Shown one piece after another: positions 39,763-49,819 of a stretch of DNA of 64,000 bases. The position numbers and the translations under genes were made by a program. Below the pieces are notes generated by a model. That model saw only the letters and a program-made list of their open reading frames with translations. It was not told the origin of the DNA and did no database searches. Position 1 is the stretch's first letter; every line of letters starts with the position of its first letter. Source of the stretch: Candidatus Hydrogenedentota bacterium (lineage in GTDB: Bacteria; Hydrogenedentota; Hydrogenedentia; Hydrogenedentales; JAJRTN01); assembly GCA_024278275.1 (NCBI GenBank), contig JAJRTN010000004.1:3149-67148 (forward strand), written 5' to 3'.

Positions 39763-40105
39763 GACCGGATGTTCCCAATTCATCCAAACCGGCAATCTCC
39801 GCGATCCGCACGCTGAGACCGTCCACCAACACAACCACCTCGCCCCGGGCGAAGGGCAGTCCATTGATTTGGAGGTCGGCCATCTCCCCGGCCAGCTTGT
39901 CCAGGGGGAGCACGGAGCCTTCGCGCAAGGCCAGTACGTCGCGCACGGTTGTCTTGCACTTGCCAAGGTCCGCGGTAATGCTGAAGCGCACCTTCAGCAG
40001 GTCCTGAATATCGAGCGTCTCCGGGCCGGGCTGAACCGGACGCAGTTCTTCGTCAAAGTCGTGATCGACCGCTTCGCCGCGCTCTGTCGGATGCTCGTCA
40101 CTCAT
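39755..40105 (-). CDS. fliN: Flagellar motor switch protein FliN (SpoA domain)
   Basis: ETLDIQDLLKVRFSITADLGKCKTTVRDVLALREGSVLPLDKLAGEMADLQINGLPFARGEVVVLVDGLSVRIAEI. Confidence 0.8.
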   Translation of the reverse strand: MSDEHPTERGEAVDHDFDEELRPVQPGPETLDIQDLLKVRFSITADLGKCKTTVRDVLALREGSVLPLDKLAGEMADLQINGLPFARGEVVVLVDGLSVRIAEIAGLDELGTSGHE

Positions 40106-40629
40106 GGCACAATGGGACTGAACTGTTTGTACTTGGACTCCAGGACATAATACTCCTCGGGTGCGCCAAAACGTTTGAGCAGATCGTTGGCCTTTTGCGT
40201 AACCTGCTTGAGAATGGCGTCTTGCGTATAACGGTCGTTCACCTCCGTCAGGGTGCGGTTTCGGTGGAGTTCGGCCACCATGGTGGTAAACCAGGACTTT
40301 CGGCTCTCGATAAGATCGGTCGTTTCGGGGGTTGAGCAGAAAAGAACCACCTGGAAAATAAGGATCGGAACCGGGGCTTCAGGATCGTCCGTCAGCACGG
40401 CGGCCTGCATGGATTCGAGCTCGATTGGCGTGGCCGCCTGGGGGATGATATCGATGGGATCCTTGGGCTCCGCCTCGGCCGGTCCCGCGAGCATTCCGCT
40501 CAAGACGAACTTGTACAACACCACCGCCAATATGGCCGACACGAGGACGATCCCCGTCACGACAATGAGTGTGCTCCGCAGCGGGGAACCGGCCTTACCT
40601 TCCTGTTCCTGTTTCTCTTCATCGGCCAT
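40102..40629 (-). CDS. fliL: Flagellar basal-body-associated protein FliL
   Basis: Single TM (LIVVTGIVLVSAILAVVLY) followed by a FliL-like periplasmic domain. Operon position after motB. Confidence 0.7.
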   Translation of the reverse strand: MADEEKQEQEGKAGSPLRSTLIVVTGIVLVSAILAVVLYKFVLSGMLAGPAEAEPKDPIDIIPQAATPIELESMQAAVLTDDPEAPVPILIFQVVLFCSTPETTDLIESRKSWFTTMVAELHRNRTLTEVNDRYTQDAILKQVTQKANDLLKRFGAPEEYYVLESKYKQFSPIVP

Positions 40630-40632
40630 GAT

Positions 40633-41433
40633 TTACTCCAAGCCTCCGCGGTATTCGACCGGCGAAACGGGATAGCCCCGGGTATTGCGCGGCATCTTCT
40701 CCTCGAGCCGGTCGTAGAGCCCTTCTATGTTACTCCTGTCAACAAGGCCACGCACATAAATCTCCACGCGCCGGTTGGCTTCACGCCCTTCCGGGGTATC
40801 ATTCGTGGCTTTGGGTTGATTGGGACCGACGGCGGTGATTTCGAATTGCTCCGAGGGTATGCCCCCGGTGGTGTAAAGATAGCGGGCCACCGCGTCGGCG
40901 CGATAATAGCTCAGCTCGTAGTTGTCCCGAAAACGGGCGGACTCCGTGACGGGGGTCGCATCGGTGTGGCCGCGAACCTCGATGAAGGCATCGGGCAATT
41001 GGCGAAGTGTTTCGGCCACTTCCCGCAAAAGGGGGTAGGCGTCGGGGCGCAACGTCGCCTGCCCCAAATCGTAGAGCATGGCGCCCGGCAGGCTCAATTT
41101 AAGTCCTCCCACCGCGTCATACTCAATCTTCACCTGGTGCTCTTTACCCTGTATCATCAAGCGCTGCCGAAGGTTGCGTGCCGCTTTTTTCGCCTCGGCG
41201 CTTTTCTTCTTGGGCGGCTGGTACTGGAGCTGAAGCGGGCTTGACTGCCCGGAAAAAATACCAAACGATGCTTGCAGCGCGACCATGGCGTCGTTGAAGT
41301 CTTCCTCGCTGATGGTGGAAAAGGAAAGGAGCAGCACGAAAAAAGTGAGCAGGAGGCTCATGAGATCGCTGAAGGTCACGATCCATGCCGGCGCGCCTTC
41401 CTCGCAGGGCGGACATTTCTTCTTTGCCGCCAT
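40633..41433 (-). CDS. motB: Flagellar stator protein MotB (OmpA-like peptidoglycan-binding C-terminus)
   Basis: WIVTFSDLMSLLLTFFVLLLS plug/TM with the conserved Asp. C-terminal OmpA motif YELSYYRADAVARYL. Confidence 0.85.
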   Translation of the reverse strand: MAAKKKCPPCEEGAPAWIVTFSDLMSLLLTFFVLLLSFSTISEEDFNDAMVALQASFGIFSGQSSPLQLQYQPPKKKSAEAKKAARNLRQRLMIQGKEHQVKIEYDAVGGLKLSLPGAMLYDLGQATLRPDAYPLLREVAETLRQLPDAFIEVRGHTDATPVTESARFRDNYELSYYRADAVARYLYTTGGIPSEQFEITAVGPNQPKATNDTPEGREANRRVEIYVRGLVDRSNIEGLYDRLEEKMPRNTRGYPVSPVEYRGGLE

Positions 41434-41436
41434 GGC

Positions 41437-42204
41437 CTATGCCACCGTGAGTTTCTCACGGATCTCGGGCGAGACGAAAGCCTTCAGCTTCTGCTCGACG
41501 ACCCGCGGATTATCACCGGATTGAATGGACAGAATACCCTCGATGGTGATTTCCTTCTGAAGAAGTTCCATGGCGGTGCGTACCTTGAGCTTTCCCGCCG
41601 ATGGCAGGAAAACAAGGTTGGCGAGAATGGCGCCATAGAGGGTGGTGAGCAAGGCGACGGCCATACCGCCACCGATGGCGGAGGGATCGTCCAGGCCCTG
41701 GAGCATCTGGACCAGGCCGATAAGCGTTCCGATCATGCCGAAGGCCGGCGCGAAAGCGGCCATGGCGTTGAGCACCGCCTGTCCCATGGCATGACGGTCC
41801 TCCATGAAAGCAATCTCGGTGGTCAGGATATCCTTGATGAGCTCGGGCGGCGTGCCGTCAATGGCAAGTTGAACACTCTTCTGCAAGAATTCGTCCCCCG
41901 CCTCACCGGCATGACTTTCCAGGGCGAGAATCCCCTCGCGGCGCGCTACCGTGGCGAACTCAATGATCTTCTGAATCAATTGCTCCGTGGTGCTCTCTTT
42001 CTGAAAGAAGGCGTTCTTGAGCGTTTTCATGACACTCAAAACATCGGCAAGGGGGAAATTGATGAGGGTCGCGGCCAGGGTACCGCCGAAAACCATGATT
42101 ACCGAGGGGATATTAACGAAGGCACCGGCGTTGCCCCCAAGCATGATAGTGATGAATACGAGCGAAATTCCCGACACGAAACCCAGTACGGTTGCAATAT
42201 CCAT
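41437..42204 (-). CDS. motA: Flagellar stator protein MotA
   Basis: Four TM helices. Conserved MotA cytoplasmic loop and C-terminal motifs (LGTLIGLVQML, GGMAVALLTTLYG). Confidence 0.9.
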   Translation of the reverse strand: MDIATVLGFVSGISLVFITIMLGGNAGAFVNIPSVIMVFGGTLAATLINFPLADVLSVMKTLKNAFFQKESTTEQLIQKIIEFATVARREGILALESHAGEAGDEFLQKSVQLAIDGTPPELIKDILTTEIAFMEDRHAMGQAVLNAMAAFAPAFGMIGTLIGLVQMLQGLDDPSAIGGGMAVALLTTLYGAILANLVFLPSAGKLKVRTAMELLQKEITIEGILSIQSGDNPRVVEQKLKAFVSPEIREKLTVA

Positions 42205-42553
42205 AGGGCTCCCTCTCTACCGGAAGTGACACGGTTGGATTCTTTCGGACATGGCGTATGGGGAGGGGCGCAACACCTTTCCCTTCCCACGCAACCGCCT
42301 GCGCGCTTCATCCACGCGCAGGAAACACGCCGCGCCGAATTACGAACTTCATTCTAACACCCCATCACCGGTATCGTCCAAGGCGCGTGTGGAACCCGCC
42401 GGGTGCGTGGTTTGCGCTGGACAGCTTGCCTGCCAGTGCTCTTGCGCCGGTCTTCCACTGGCGGACAAGCTGCCTGTGGCACCGCAAAGGGGTCGTGGCG
42501 ATTGCGCCGTTTCAGACAATCCGCGAGCGCCTGCTGTCATCCTTATGACGATT

Positions 42554-42586
42554 GCGCGGTCGGGGAAAAAAGGGTCCCCGACCGCG
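42554..42586 (-). terminator. Strong 11-bp GC-rich stem-loop about 40 nt downstream of flgE (T-run in the loop, not a canonical intrinsic terminator)
   Basis: cgcggtcgggg-aaaaaagggt-ccccgaccgcg perfect inverted repeat in the flgE-motA intergenic gap. Confidence 0.3.
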
Positions 42587-42624
42587 CTGCGCGATACACA
42601 GAGGTTACGTCACATCACGGGGGA

Positions 42625-43929
42625 CTACCGAACGAGGTTCACGGTCTCCTGCAAAATGGTATCCGCCGCGGTGATGGTCCGGGCGTTGGCCTGGTAACCG
42701 CGCTGGGTGATAATGAGATTGCTGAATTCCTCACCCAGGTCCACGTTTGAGTTTTCGAGCACGCCGCCGGAAACGGTTCCGCGACCGCCGGTGCCCGGCC
42801 GGCCCACCTGGGCGTTGCCCGAGGAAGGCGTCTCGACGAAGGTGTTGTCACCATCGCGGGACAACCCGCCCAGGTTCGCGAAGTTGGCCAAGGCCACCTG
42901 CGCGATGGTCCGGGTCAGGCCGTTGGTGAAGACCCCGTTGATCTCGCCGTTGGCGCCAATGTTGAAGCTCTCCAGCACGCCCCGGGGAAAACCGTTCTGC
43001 GAGCGCAGGGCGATATCGCTGGTGGCCGGGTCGCCGGAGGTGGGATCGAAGCCCGCGCTGAGCTGGGTCACCTCGTCCATGTCGACAACGAACTGGAAGG
43101 GCAACGTGGGAAGGGAATCGGGCAGGGGCGTGCCCAAATCGCCCGATTCCAGGCTGATGGCCAGGGTGGTGCCGGCGGCCAGGGTACCGTCGGTCTGGAA
43201 GGTGATTACATCCGTGGCGCCGCCACCGCCCACGTTCGCGGGAGTGCCGCTTCCGTTGTCAAAGGTGGCTTCCCAGGCCCACTCATTGGCGGTGGTTCCC
43301 TTGGTGAAGACCAGGGAGATCTCACGCTCCGTGCCCAGTGAATCGTAGACCACGATGGTTCGGGTGACGGTGTCCCCGTCGCTCACGTCGGAGTTCAGGT
43401 TGCCCGTCATGGTGGCGGTGGTGGTGGCCTGTACGATGCCCTGGCCGCCCACGGGCACAACAATATCCGAAGCGATGGCGTCGCTGGGAATGACACCGTT
43501 CTCATCGGCCTGGAAACCCTGGACACGCATCCCGGACCCCGGCTCGATCAGTATGCCATTGACATTGAGCGTAAACGAGCCGTCGCGGGTATAGGCGGCG
43601 TTACCGTTGATATCTTCCAAAACGAAGAAGCCCGACCCCTGAATGGCCAGGTCCGACGATATGCCGGTGGTCATCAGCGAACCCTGTCCATGGTTCACGT
43701 CGATGCTGGCGATGTTGGCGCCCAACCCGATCTGGAGCGGGTTGCTGCCGCCGAAACCGCCGAGGGGCGCGGAACCGCCCGCCAGGGTCTGGGAAAAGAG
43801 ATCCTGAAACAACATGCGCGAGGAGCGGTAGCCAACGGTGTTCACGTTGGCGATGTTGGCCGCCACCACGTCAAGCCGGCGCTGATGCGCCCGCAAACCG
43901 GTTACACCGGTAAACATTGCACTTCCCAT
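42625..43929 (-). CDS. flgE: Flagellar hook protein FlgE
   Basis: N-terminal LRAHQRRLDVVAANIANVNTVGYR. C-terminal NVDLGEEFSNLIITQRGYQANARTITAADTILQETVNLVR. Confidence 0.9.
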   Translation of the reverse strand: MGSAMFTGVTGLRAHQRRLDVVAANIANVNTVGYRSSRMLFQDLFSQTLAGGSAPLGGFGGSNPLQIGLGANIASIDVNHGQGSLMTTGISSDLAIQGSGFFVLEDINGNAAYTRDGSFTLNVNGILIEPGSGMRVQGFQADENGVIPSDAIASDIVVPVGGQGIVQATTTATMTGNLNSDVSDGDTVTRTIVVYDSLGTEREISLVFTKGTTANEWAWEATFDNGSGTPANVGGGGATDVITFQTDGTLAAGTTLAISLESGDLGTPLPDSLPTLPFQFVVDMDEVTQLSAGFDPTSGDPATSDIALRSQNGFPRGVLESFNIGANGEINGVFTNGLTRTIAQVALANFANLGGLSRDGDNTFVETPSSGNAQVGRPGTGGRGTVSGGVLENSNVDLGEEFSNLIITQRGYQANARTITAADTILQETVNLVR

Positions 43930-43942
43930 GAGAATACACTCC

Positions 43943-44452
43943 TTAGGTCATGGCGCCGCGTCGGTCGTTCCGCGGTGCCCGGGCGTCCCTCAAGGGGTCC
44001 GGCCCGTATACTGAGTTCAATGCCGTATCCGCCCGGGCTTCGGGCCGATCCGGTCGGTGCTCCGCCTCGCTCGTGGGGAGCACGGCGGCACTGTCGATGT
44101 GGGTAAAGATGGACGCATTGCCGTCACTCGTGTCAACGGCCGTGATAATCGTCCGGTTGGGGACACTGGCCACGAGGGCCACATCGCCCAGCAGGACCAA
44201 TGCCTCTTTTCCGCCTTTCCCGGCCAATTGGTCGAGCGTCTCGCCCACGCGGGCCAGGTCTTCAGCGGACAATTCGACACCGCGCGTTCGGAGCCGTTGC
44301 GCCGCGTGCGCCGAAACGCGCACGGCCCGGGAGGCCTCCATGGTTTCGCCGAGAATATCGGCAAAGCGCGTGCCTGGGGTTGCGGCCGGCCGTGTGTCCG
44401 ATGGCACGGAACGGAACGTCACCCGTGCTTCGAGGGATACAGGGTTAACCAT
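43943..44452 (-). CDS. Flagellar operon protein of unknown function (flgD-flgE intergenic gene, TIGR02530-like position)
   Basis: Conserved location between flgD and flgE as in Bacillus/spirochaete operons. No catalytic motif. The start MVNPVSLEA overlaps the flgD stop by 8 nt. Confidence 0.45.
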   Translation of the reverse strand: MVNPVSLEARVTFRSVPSDTRPAATPGTRFADILGETMEASRAVRVSAHAAQRLRTRGVELSAEDLARVGETLDQLAGKGGKEALVLLGDVALVASVPNRTIITAVDTSDGNASIFTHIDSAAVLPTSEAEHRPDRPEARADTALNSVYGPDPLRDARAPRNDRRGAMT

Positions 44453-45020
44453 GGTCCGACTCCGCCACGGGCGCTTCATCGGCCACCGACAGCACGTTGG
44501 TCATGGGCAGCACTTCTCCGTCTACCGTCAGGACCACGATACTGCCCTCCAGGTGTACGGCATCGACCGTACCGGTCACGGCGCCTCCATCCATCCCAAC
44601 GCCCTCGACATACTTGCCGAGCATACTTTGGGCATTGATGAAGTTAAGCTGATCAATGTTGCCGGTCAGGTATTCAAGCCCGGTCACAACGCCTTCGAAA
44701 CGGTCGTTCAGTTGCTGCATCTGTTCGAGGGAAGAAAACTGGGCCAGTTGGGCGACCATCTCGGCGTTATCAACGGGCTCCAGCGGGTTCTGATTCTGCA
44801 TCTCCAACACAAGCAGTTGAAGAAAGGCATCCCGGTCAAGTTGATCGCCGGCGGCGCCGGCGACCGGCTCCCCGGTATCGACGGCCTTGTCGGTGGAACC
44901 CGGGGCAACCGCGGACGCCTTGGCGTTGGCGCTGATTGTTTCTCGAGCGGCTTGCCGGTCCGCCTTGGTCACCGAGAGAGTTCCGGAGACATTGGCACGG
45001 AACGCTACAAGTGCGTTCAT
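44445..45020 (-). CDS. flgD: Flagellar hook assembly/capping protein FlgD
   Basis: RDAFLQLLVLEMQNQNPLEPVDNAEMVAQLAQFSSLEQMQQL signature. Confidence 0.85.
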   Translation of the reverse strand: MNALVAFRANVSGTLSVTKADRQAARETISANAKASAVAPGSTDKAVDTGEPVAGAAGDQLDRDAFLQLLVLEMQNQNPLEPVDNAEMVAQLAQFSSLEQMQQLNDRFEGVVTGLEYLTGNIDQLNFINAQSMLGKYVEGVGMDGGAVTGTVDAVHLEGSIVVLTVDGEVLPMTNVLSVADEAPVAESDHG

Positions 45021-45099
45021 GGAACACTTCCTCCTCTTTTTCGAATCGGGTCCGTCACGGCAACGGGCCGCAACGGCGTTTCATGATTGTTTGCGCAGG

Positions 45100-47298
45100 C
45101 TACACCAGCAGGTTAAGCCCCTTCGCGGACAGGTAGTCCCGCGGACGCCGCGTGCCCGTTCCCGGCGTCCCGGAATAGGTCCGGGAAGCCGAAGCGGCCG
45201 GGTGCCACCATCCGCGAGGCGCATGGGCCTGCCCGCCGTTATCGCGTCCCATGGAACCACCGCCCGGTTCCGGGTGGGACCCCATGTGAGCGCTTACATC
45301 CACCCGCGACAGGTGTGTTCCGTCGCGTGCGAGGGCCTCCCGCAATGCGGGCACGTGAACTTCCATCACATCCCGAACCACGGGACTGGCGGATACGAGC
45401 CGAACGCTGACTTCGCCCTTCCGGCCGCGGACTTCCACGTGAAGTTCCCCCAGGGATTGGGGGACCAGCCGAATCCGGACGCGCTGTCCACCGCCGGCCA
45501 GCAGGCTTTTCACCTGCCGAACCGTCTCCTCGCCCAACGACTCCAGGGAGACGCGGGAAGGGGAGTCACCGGCATGACTGACGGCCGGCGGCGATGGGTG
45601 CCCGTCCGCCGCCCGAACCGTCACGCCTTCGGCGTGGGACACGGGCGCGACCGGCCCGTTCTCAACACGGACGTGGGCTTCGCCGGACACGGGGTGCCGC
45701 AACGGAACCGTTTTTTCCGTTTCGGGCGCCTGGGCCGTGTCCCGCTGTGACGCGACACGCGCCGCCGCCACGTTCACACTGTCCCGTGTTACGGAACGAA
45801 AGTTCGCTTCCGTCACCACGGGTTTCGCGGAGCCTTCAACCACGCGCAGCGCCGATTTCACGGCAAACGGTTCCGGTTTCGTCACGGTATCCGCCGCCAC
45901 AGCCTTCGGTGCCGCGACAGGTTCCTTCGCCGATTCCACCACCGGGGTTGCCGAAGGCAAACCAGATGGTGCCGCCACCGTCTCGCTTGTAACGGTCGTC
46001 AAAATGACCGGACGGGCCGAAGCCGTGCCGTTCACCTCGATGCTCCGAAACACCGGGGCCGGGGATTCCGACCTGGCCACCATCTTCCCGGTATCCGCTT
46101 TGGACGAAAGGACCGTTACCACCGGCCCCTTCGGCGCCGCAGCATCCATAGGAACACCCCTGTCGGCCAGCTTGGCATCACGACCCGCCGCCATGGCACC
46201 GGCCCGTGACAGGTCGACCACCGGCACGACCCGGGCGGGCCGGGCTTCCACCGGGCGGGCCGCCGCGTCGGTCAAAGACACCTTCGTGGCTTTCGACGGC
46301 ACGTCGGCCGTTTCGACCGCTTCGCCTGCGAATGCTGCCACGGGGGCGGTCTTCGCGGGGGGTGACGATGAAACCCAAACCCCGGTTTCATCAATCGCCG
46401 GTGAGACTGCCGGAGCGCTCGCCGCTTCCACGCCGCGAGGCACGGAAACCCGCGGAGCAGGACCGTTGTCCGTGCCCGTTTCACCGGCGACGATAAAAGC
46501 GGCACGTTCCGACCCGGCCGCCACCTTGGTTTGGGCCGGTGCGGGATTCGAAGCGGCCTGGGACCGCCTCGGTACGACAAGTTCCGGCATCACGGGCGGT
46601 GGTTCAGTGGACGGAACCCGTGGTTTTGTGCCATCACCCGTGGCGCGCCCGGTGAACTCGGCGGCCGCCCCGGTAGCGGACCCGGCCGGAATTGCTTCAC
46701 CGGGACTCGTCCGGGGCGTGACGGCCAGATCTCTCAGCGCGGAGGACCGGGTAAGCCGGAAGGGAGCCGGTGCCTCACCCGTGTGGTTTTCCGCTTCCTC
46801 CGAGAGAAACCCAGCGGAAGCCATTGCCACCTCGGCGTTTGGCGCTTGAACACTTTCCACCGCCACCACCGAATTTTCGGCCGTGCCGGATTCAAGCACC
46901 GTTCCCTCCACGGATGCAAGGTCCGAGACAGGCACCATGCCTGTCTGGTCCGTGGGTGCCGGGGCCGCAAGGACATCCTCGCCACTCGCTGACGGTGGCG
47001 AAGGTGGGACACTTGCGTTCTCCACCTCACCGGACGCGGCCAGGGCCGTTGAAAGCGCCTGACCCGTCTCTCCGGCGTCCGCAACCTCGGGCAGGCTCCC
47101 GCTCGGGCTTTCGTCTTCCACGGCGCTTTCCTCGACCGTGTCCTGCGAAGGTTCAGGCGGGACGATTCCCTGGAAGGACGCAAGCAATTCGCCGAACGCC
47201 TCCTCCGGGATATCGCGCTTTGCCTTTCCTGTTTCCGGCCCTGCTGAAGAAGCGGCGTCAGAAGAAGGCTGAAGCATCTGTAACAAGTTTACATACAT
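45100..47298 (-). CDS. fliK: Flagellar hook-length control protein FliK (long Pro/Ala/Val-rich spacer, C-terminal Flg_hook domain)
   Basis: C-terminal RIRLVPQSLGELHVEVRGRKGEVSVRLVSASPVVRDVMEVHVPALREALARDGTHLSRVDV. Confidence 0.7.
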   Translation of the reverse strand: MYVNLLQMLQPSSDAASSAGPETGKAKRDIPEEAFGELLASFQGIVPPEPSQDTVEESAVEDESPSGSLPEVADAGETGQALSTALAASGEVENASVPPSPPSASGEDVLAAPAPTDQTGMVPVSDLASVEGTVLESGTAENSVVAVESVQAPNAEVAMASAGFLSEEAENHTGEAPAPFRLTRSSALRDLAVTPRTSPGEAIPAGSATGAAAEFTGRATGDGTKPRVPSTEPPPVMPELVVPRRSQAASNPAPAQTKVAAGSERAAFIVAGETGTDNGPAPRVSVPRGVEAASAPAVSPAIDETGVWVSSSPPAKTAPVAAFAGEAVETADVPSKATKVSLTDAAARPVEARPARVVPVVDLSRAGAMAAGRDAKLADRGVPMDAAAPKGPVVTVLSSKADTGKMVARSESPAPVFRSIEVNGTASARPVILTTVTSETVAAPSGLPSATPVVESAKEPVAAPKAVAADTVTKPEPFAVKSALRVVEGSAKPVVTEANFRSVTRDSVNVAAARVASQRDTAQAPETEKTVPLRHPVSGEAHVRVENGPVAPVSHAEGVTVRAADGHPSPPAVSHAGDSPSRVSLESLGEETVRQVKSLLAGGGQRVRIRLVPQSLGELHVEVRGRKGEVSVRLVSASPVVRDVMEVHVPALREALARDGTHLSRVDVSAHMGSHPEPGGGSMGRDNGGQAHAPRGWWHPAASASRTYSGTPGTGTRRPRDYLSAKGLNLLV

Positions 47299-47458
47299 AT
47301 ATTACTCACCTCCTTTCCTGTGGGAATACCAATACCGGGGGCGAACACCCCCGGGGGTTGGGAAGAATGTGGTCGTACAGGGGGATGGGACGTATGAGAC
47401 ATATGGGACGTATGGAATACATACATCCCCTGGAAGCCCCCGAAACCATCTTGTGCGG

Positions 47459-48022
47459 CTAATTTCCGAGACGTTTCAACTCGCGAAGGATGCGGGTCGC
47501 ATCGCTGGGGTCGAGGGCGTCGAGAATCTTGCCGGCCTCCTGCGTCTTGATGGTGTTGAAAACCCGCGCCGCGTCCTCGGGATTTTCATCGGCGAGTTCC
47601 TTGAGCACCTTCGCGGCCTTGTCGGGCTTCATGGCTTCCATGCGCACGGCGATGGATTCAAGGCGCTTGGCCCGCTCTTTCTCACGATCATCAATGGTGG
47701 CGTCAATCTCGGCACGCAGGGTTTCCATCTGGGCCACAAGCTGTTGAAGGTTTGTTTCGCGTTCGTTAAGCTGTGTTTCGCGCTGGTCGAGTTGCTCTTG
47801 CCGCTTGCGCAGTTCCGCTTCTTTTTTCTTGAGCCGGTCGGCAAGGGAACCCAGTTCGTCAACGGGAGCGGCCTGCTCGGGTGCTTTCTCCACGGGGGCG
47901 GTTTCGCCGCCCAGGAGCCGGTCCAGGGCCTCTTGATTGAGGTTGCCGGTAAAGAAGAGCATGAGCGCCAGGCATGCTGCGAACGACATGATTCCAATAA
48001 GGGCATAGATCACTATTTTCAT
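47459..48022 (-). CDS. FlbB/MotE-like flagellar protein (MgtE_N-like helical domain)
   Basis: N-terminal TM, coiled coil, C-terminal AAKVLKELADENPEDAARVFNTIKTQEAGKILDALDPSDATRIL MgtE_N-type repeats. Confidence 0.5.
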   Translation of the reverse strand: MKIVIYALIGIMSFAACLALMLFFTGNLNQEALDRLLGGETAPVEKAPEQAAPVDELGSLADRLKKKEAELRKRQEQLDQRETQLNERETNLQQLVAQMETLRAEIDATIDDREKERAKRLESIAVRMEAMKPDKAAKVLKELADENPEDAARVFNTIKTQEAGKILDALDPSDATRILRELKRLGN

Positions 48023-48501
48023 GTGTTTTCCCGCCATCCATGGGCCGCGTCATCCGTCACCGAACGCGCCGCGCGCGTGGAGCCGGTCTCGTCCAGCAAT
48101 TTCTGTTCCGCCCGATCCAAATCGCGCCGCCACAACGCTTCACGTCGTTCAATGAGCCGCTCCACCATGCGCCGCTCCTTCATGGCGGCCTCCAAAGAGG
48201 CACGCTCCACCTCCGAGCGGTCCCGTAACGCATGCAGTTCGGCATCCTTCGCGACCGTCCGTTCGGCCAGATGCCGTTCGTATTGATAGTAGCGCCGCGC
48301 CTCGCCCGCGTCAAAGGTTCCCGAGGCGCGCCTGCCCGCCTCGTGCAGCGCCCGGCGCCGTGCCCGCATCAGCTCTTCCCGCTGACGCTCGGCCATGTCG
48401 GCCTCGCGGCGAAGCTCCGCCAGGAGCCGGGCCTGCATGTCCTCTTTCCGCTTGCGCACGCGCAAGAGGGTGTCGAAACATCTCTTAGGCCGCCTCGTCA
48501 T
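48019..48501 (-). CDS. fliJ: Flagellar export chaperone FliJ
   Basis: About 160-aa all-coiled-coil Arg/Glu/Ala-rich protein between fliI and fliK. Confidence 0.6.
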   Translation of the reverse strand: MTRRPKRCFDTLLRVRKRKEDMQARLLAELRREADMAERQREELMRARRRALHEAGRRASGTFDAGEARRYYQYERHLAERTVAKDAELHALRDRSEVERASLEAAMKERRMVERLIERREALWRRDLDRAEQKLLDETGSTRAARSVTDDAAHGWRENT

Positions 48502-48505
48502 GGTC

Positions 48506-49819
48506 TTACCCTCGAAGTGCCCTGGTCATGCGCGCCTCGATCTCCCCGAAATCCGAACGTTCCCAAAGGCCTTGCCGGAGGAAGGCGTCAATACTCGGCT
48601 TCAGCCGCAAGACCGTGTCCACCTCCGCGTTGCTGCCGGCCACGTAGGCGCCAATGTTGATGAGATCCTCCGTGTCACGGTAGGCCGCGAGCAACTGACG
48701 CATGCGAATGGCCAGTTCACGGTGGGTGTCGCTCGTAACTTCATTCATGGAGCGGCTCACGCTGTCCAACACATCCACGGGTGGATAATGACCGCGGCCC
48801 GCGAGGTCGCGCGAAAGCGATACATGACCGTCGAGGATGCTGCGAACGGCGTCGCCCACGGGATCCTGTATGTCGTCGCCCTCGATGAGTACGGCGTAGA
48901 AACCGGTGATACTGCCCTTTTCGGACATGCCCGCGCGCTCCAGCAGTTTGGGCAAGAGGGAAAAAACAGAGGGGGGATAGCCCTTGGTGGTGGGGGGCTC
49001 GCCGATGGCCAGGCCCACCTCGCGCTGGGCCATGGCGAACCGTGTCACCGAGTCCATCACCAGCATCACGTCGGCACCTTGCGCTCGGAACCATTCGGCA
49101 ACGGCCGTGGCGGCGTAGGCGGCGCTGATACGGCGCAAGGCCGGTTCATCGGAGGTGGCGACCACCACCACGGCACGGGCCAGGCCGTCCTCGCCCAGGT
49201 CGCTTTCGATAAACTCCCGAACCTCGCGGCCCCGCTCGCCCACCAGGGCGATCACGGTCACATCGGCACTGGTGTTGCGGGCGATCATACCGACCAGTTT
49301 ACTCTTGCCCACGCCGCTTCCGGAAAACACGCCCATGCGCTGCCCCCGGCCACAGGTAACACAGCCGTCGATGGCCCGGATGCCCGTGGCGATGGGTTCG
49401 AGAATGCGCCGCCGGCTCATGGGGGGCGGCGGATCGTTAAGCAGAGGGACTTCGTCTTCCCAAAGCGGGGCGGGTTTTCCGTCGATAGGTTGCCCCATGG
49501 CGTCCACCACGCGCCCCAAGAAATCGGCGCCCACCCGCAACATGCGGGGCCGGTTCGTGGGGATGAGGAGGTTGCCGGGCGCGATACCACGCATGTCGCC
49601 CAGGGGCATGAGCAGGATGTGACGCCCGCGAAAACCCACCACTTCAACGGGAATCCGGCTGCCGTTGTCGCGGCGGATATGGCAGAGATCCCCCACCGTC
49701 ATGCGGGGGCCGGTGGCCCGAAGGGTGAGTCCTACCACGTCCACGACCTTGCCATAGGGCCGCATCGGGTCCAGGTCCCGAATCCTCCCCTTGTACGGTT
49801 CGAGATCAATGATGCTCAT
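48506..49819 (-). CDS. fliI: Flagellum-specific ATPase FliI
   Basis: Walker A GSGVGKSKL. F1/T3SS-ATPase fold motifs. 437 aa. Confidence 0.95.
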   Translation of the reverse strand: MSIIDLEPYKGRIRDLDPMRPYGKVVDVVGLTLRATGPRMTVGDLCHIRRDNGSRIPVEVVGFRGRHILLMPLGDMRGIAPGNLLIPTNRPRMLRVGADFLGRVVDAMGQPIDGKPAPLWEDEVPLLNDPPPPMSRRRILEPIATGIRAIDGCVTCGRGQRMGVFSGSGVGKSKLVGMIARNTSADVTVIALVGERGREVREFIESDLGEDGLARAVVVVATSDEPALRRISAAYAATAVAEWFRAQGADVMLVMDSVTRFAMAQREVGLAIGEPPTTKGYPPSVFSLLPKLLERAGMSEKGSITGFYAVLIEGDDIQDPVGDAVRSILDGHVSLSRDLAGRGHYPPVDVLDSVSRSMNEVTSDTHRELAIRMRQLLAAYRDTEDLINIGAYVAGSNAEVDTVLRLKPSIDAFLRQGLWERSDFGEIEARMTRALRG

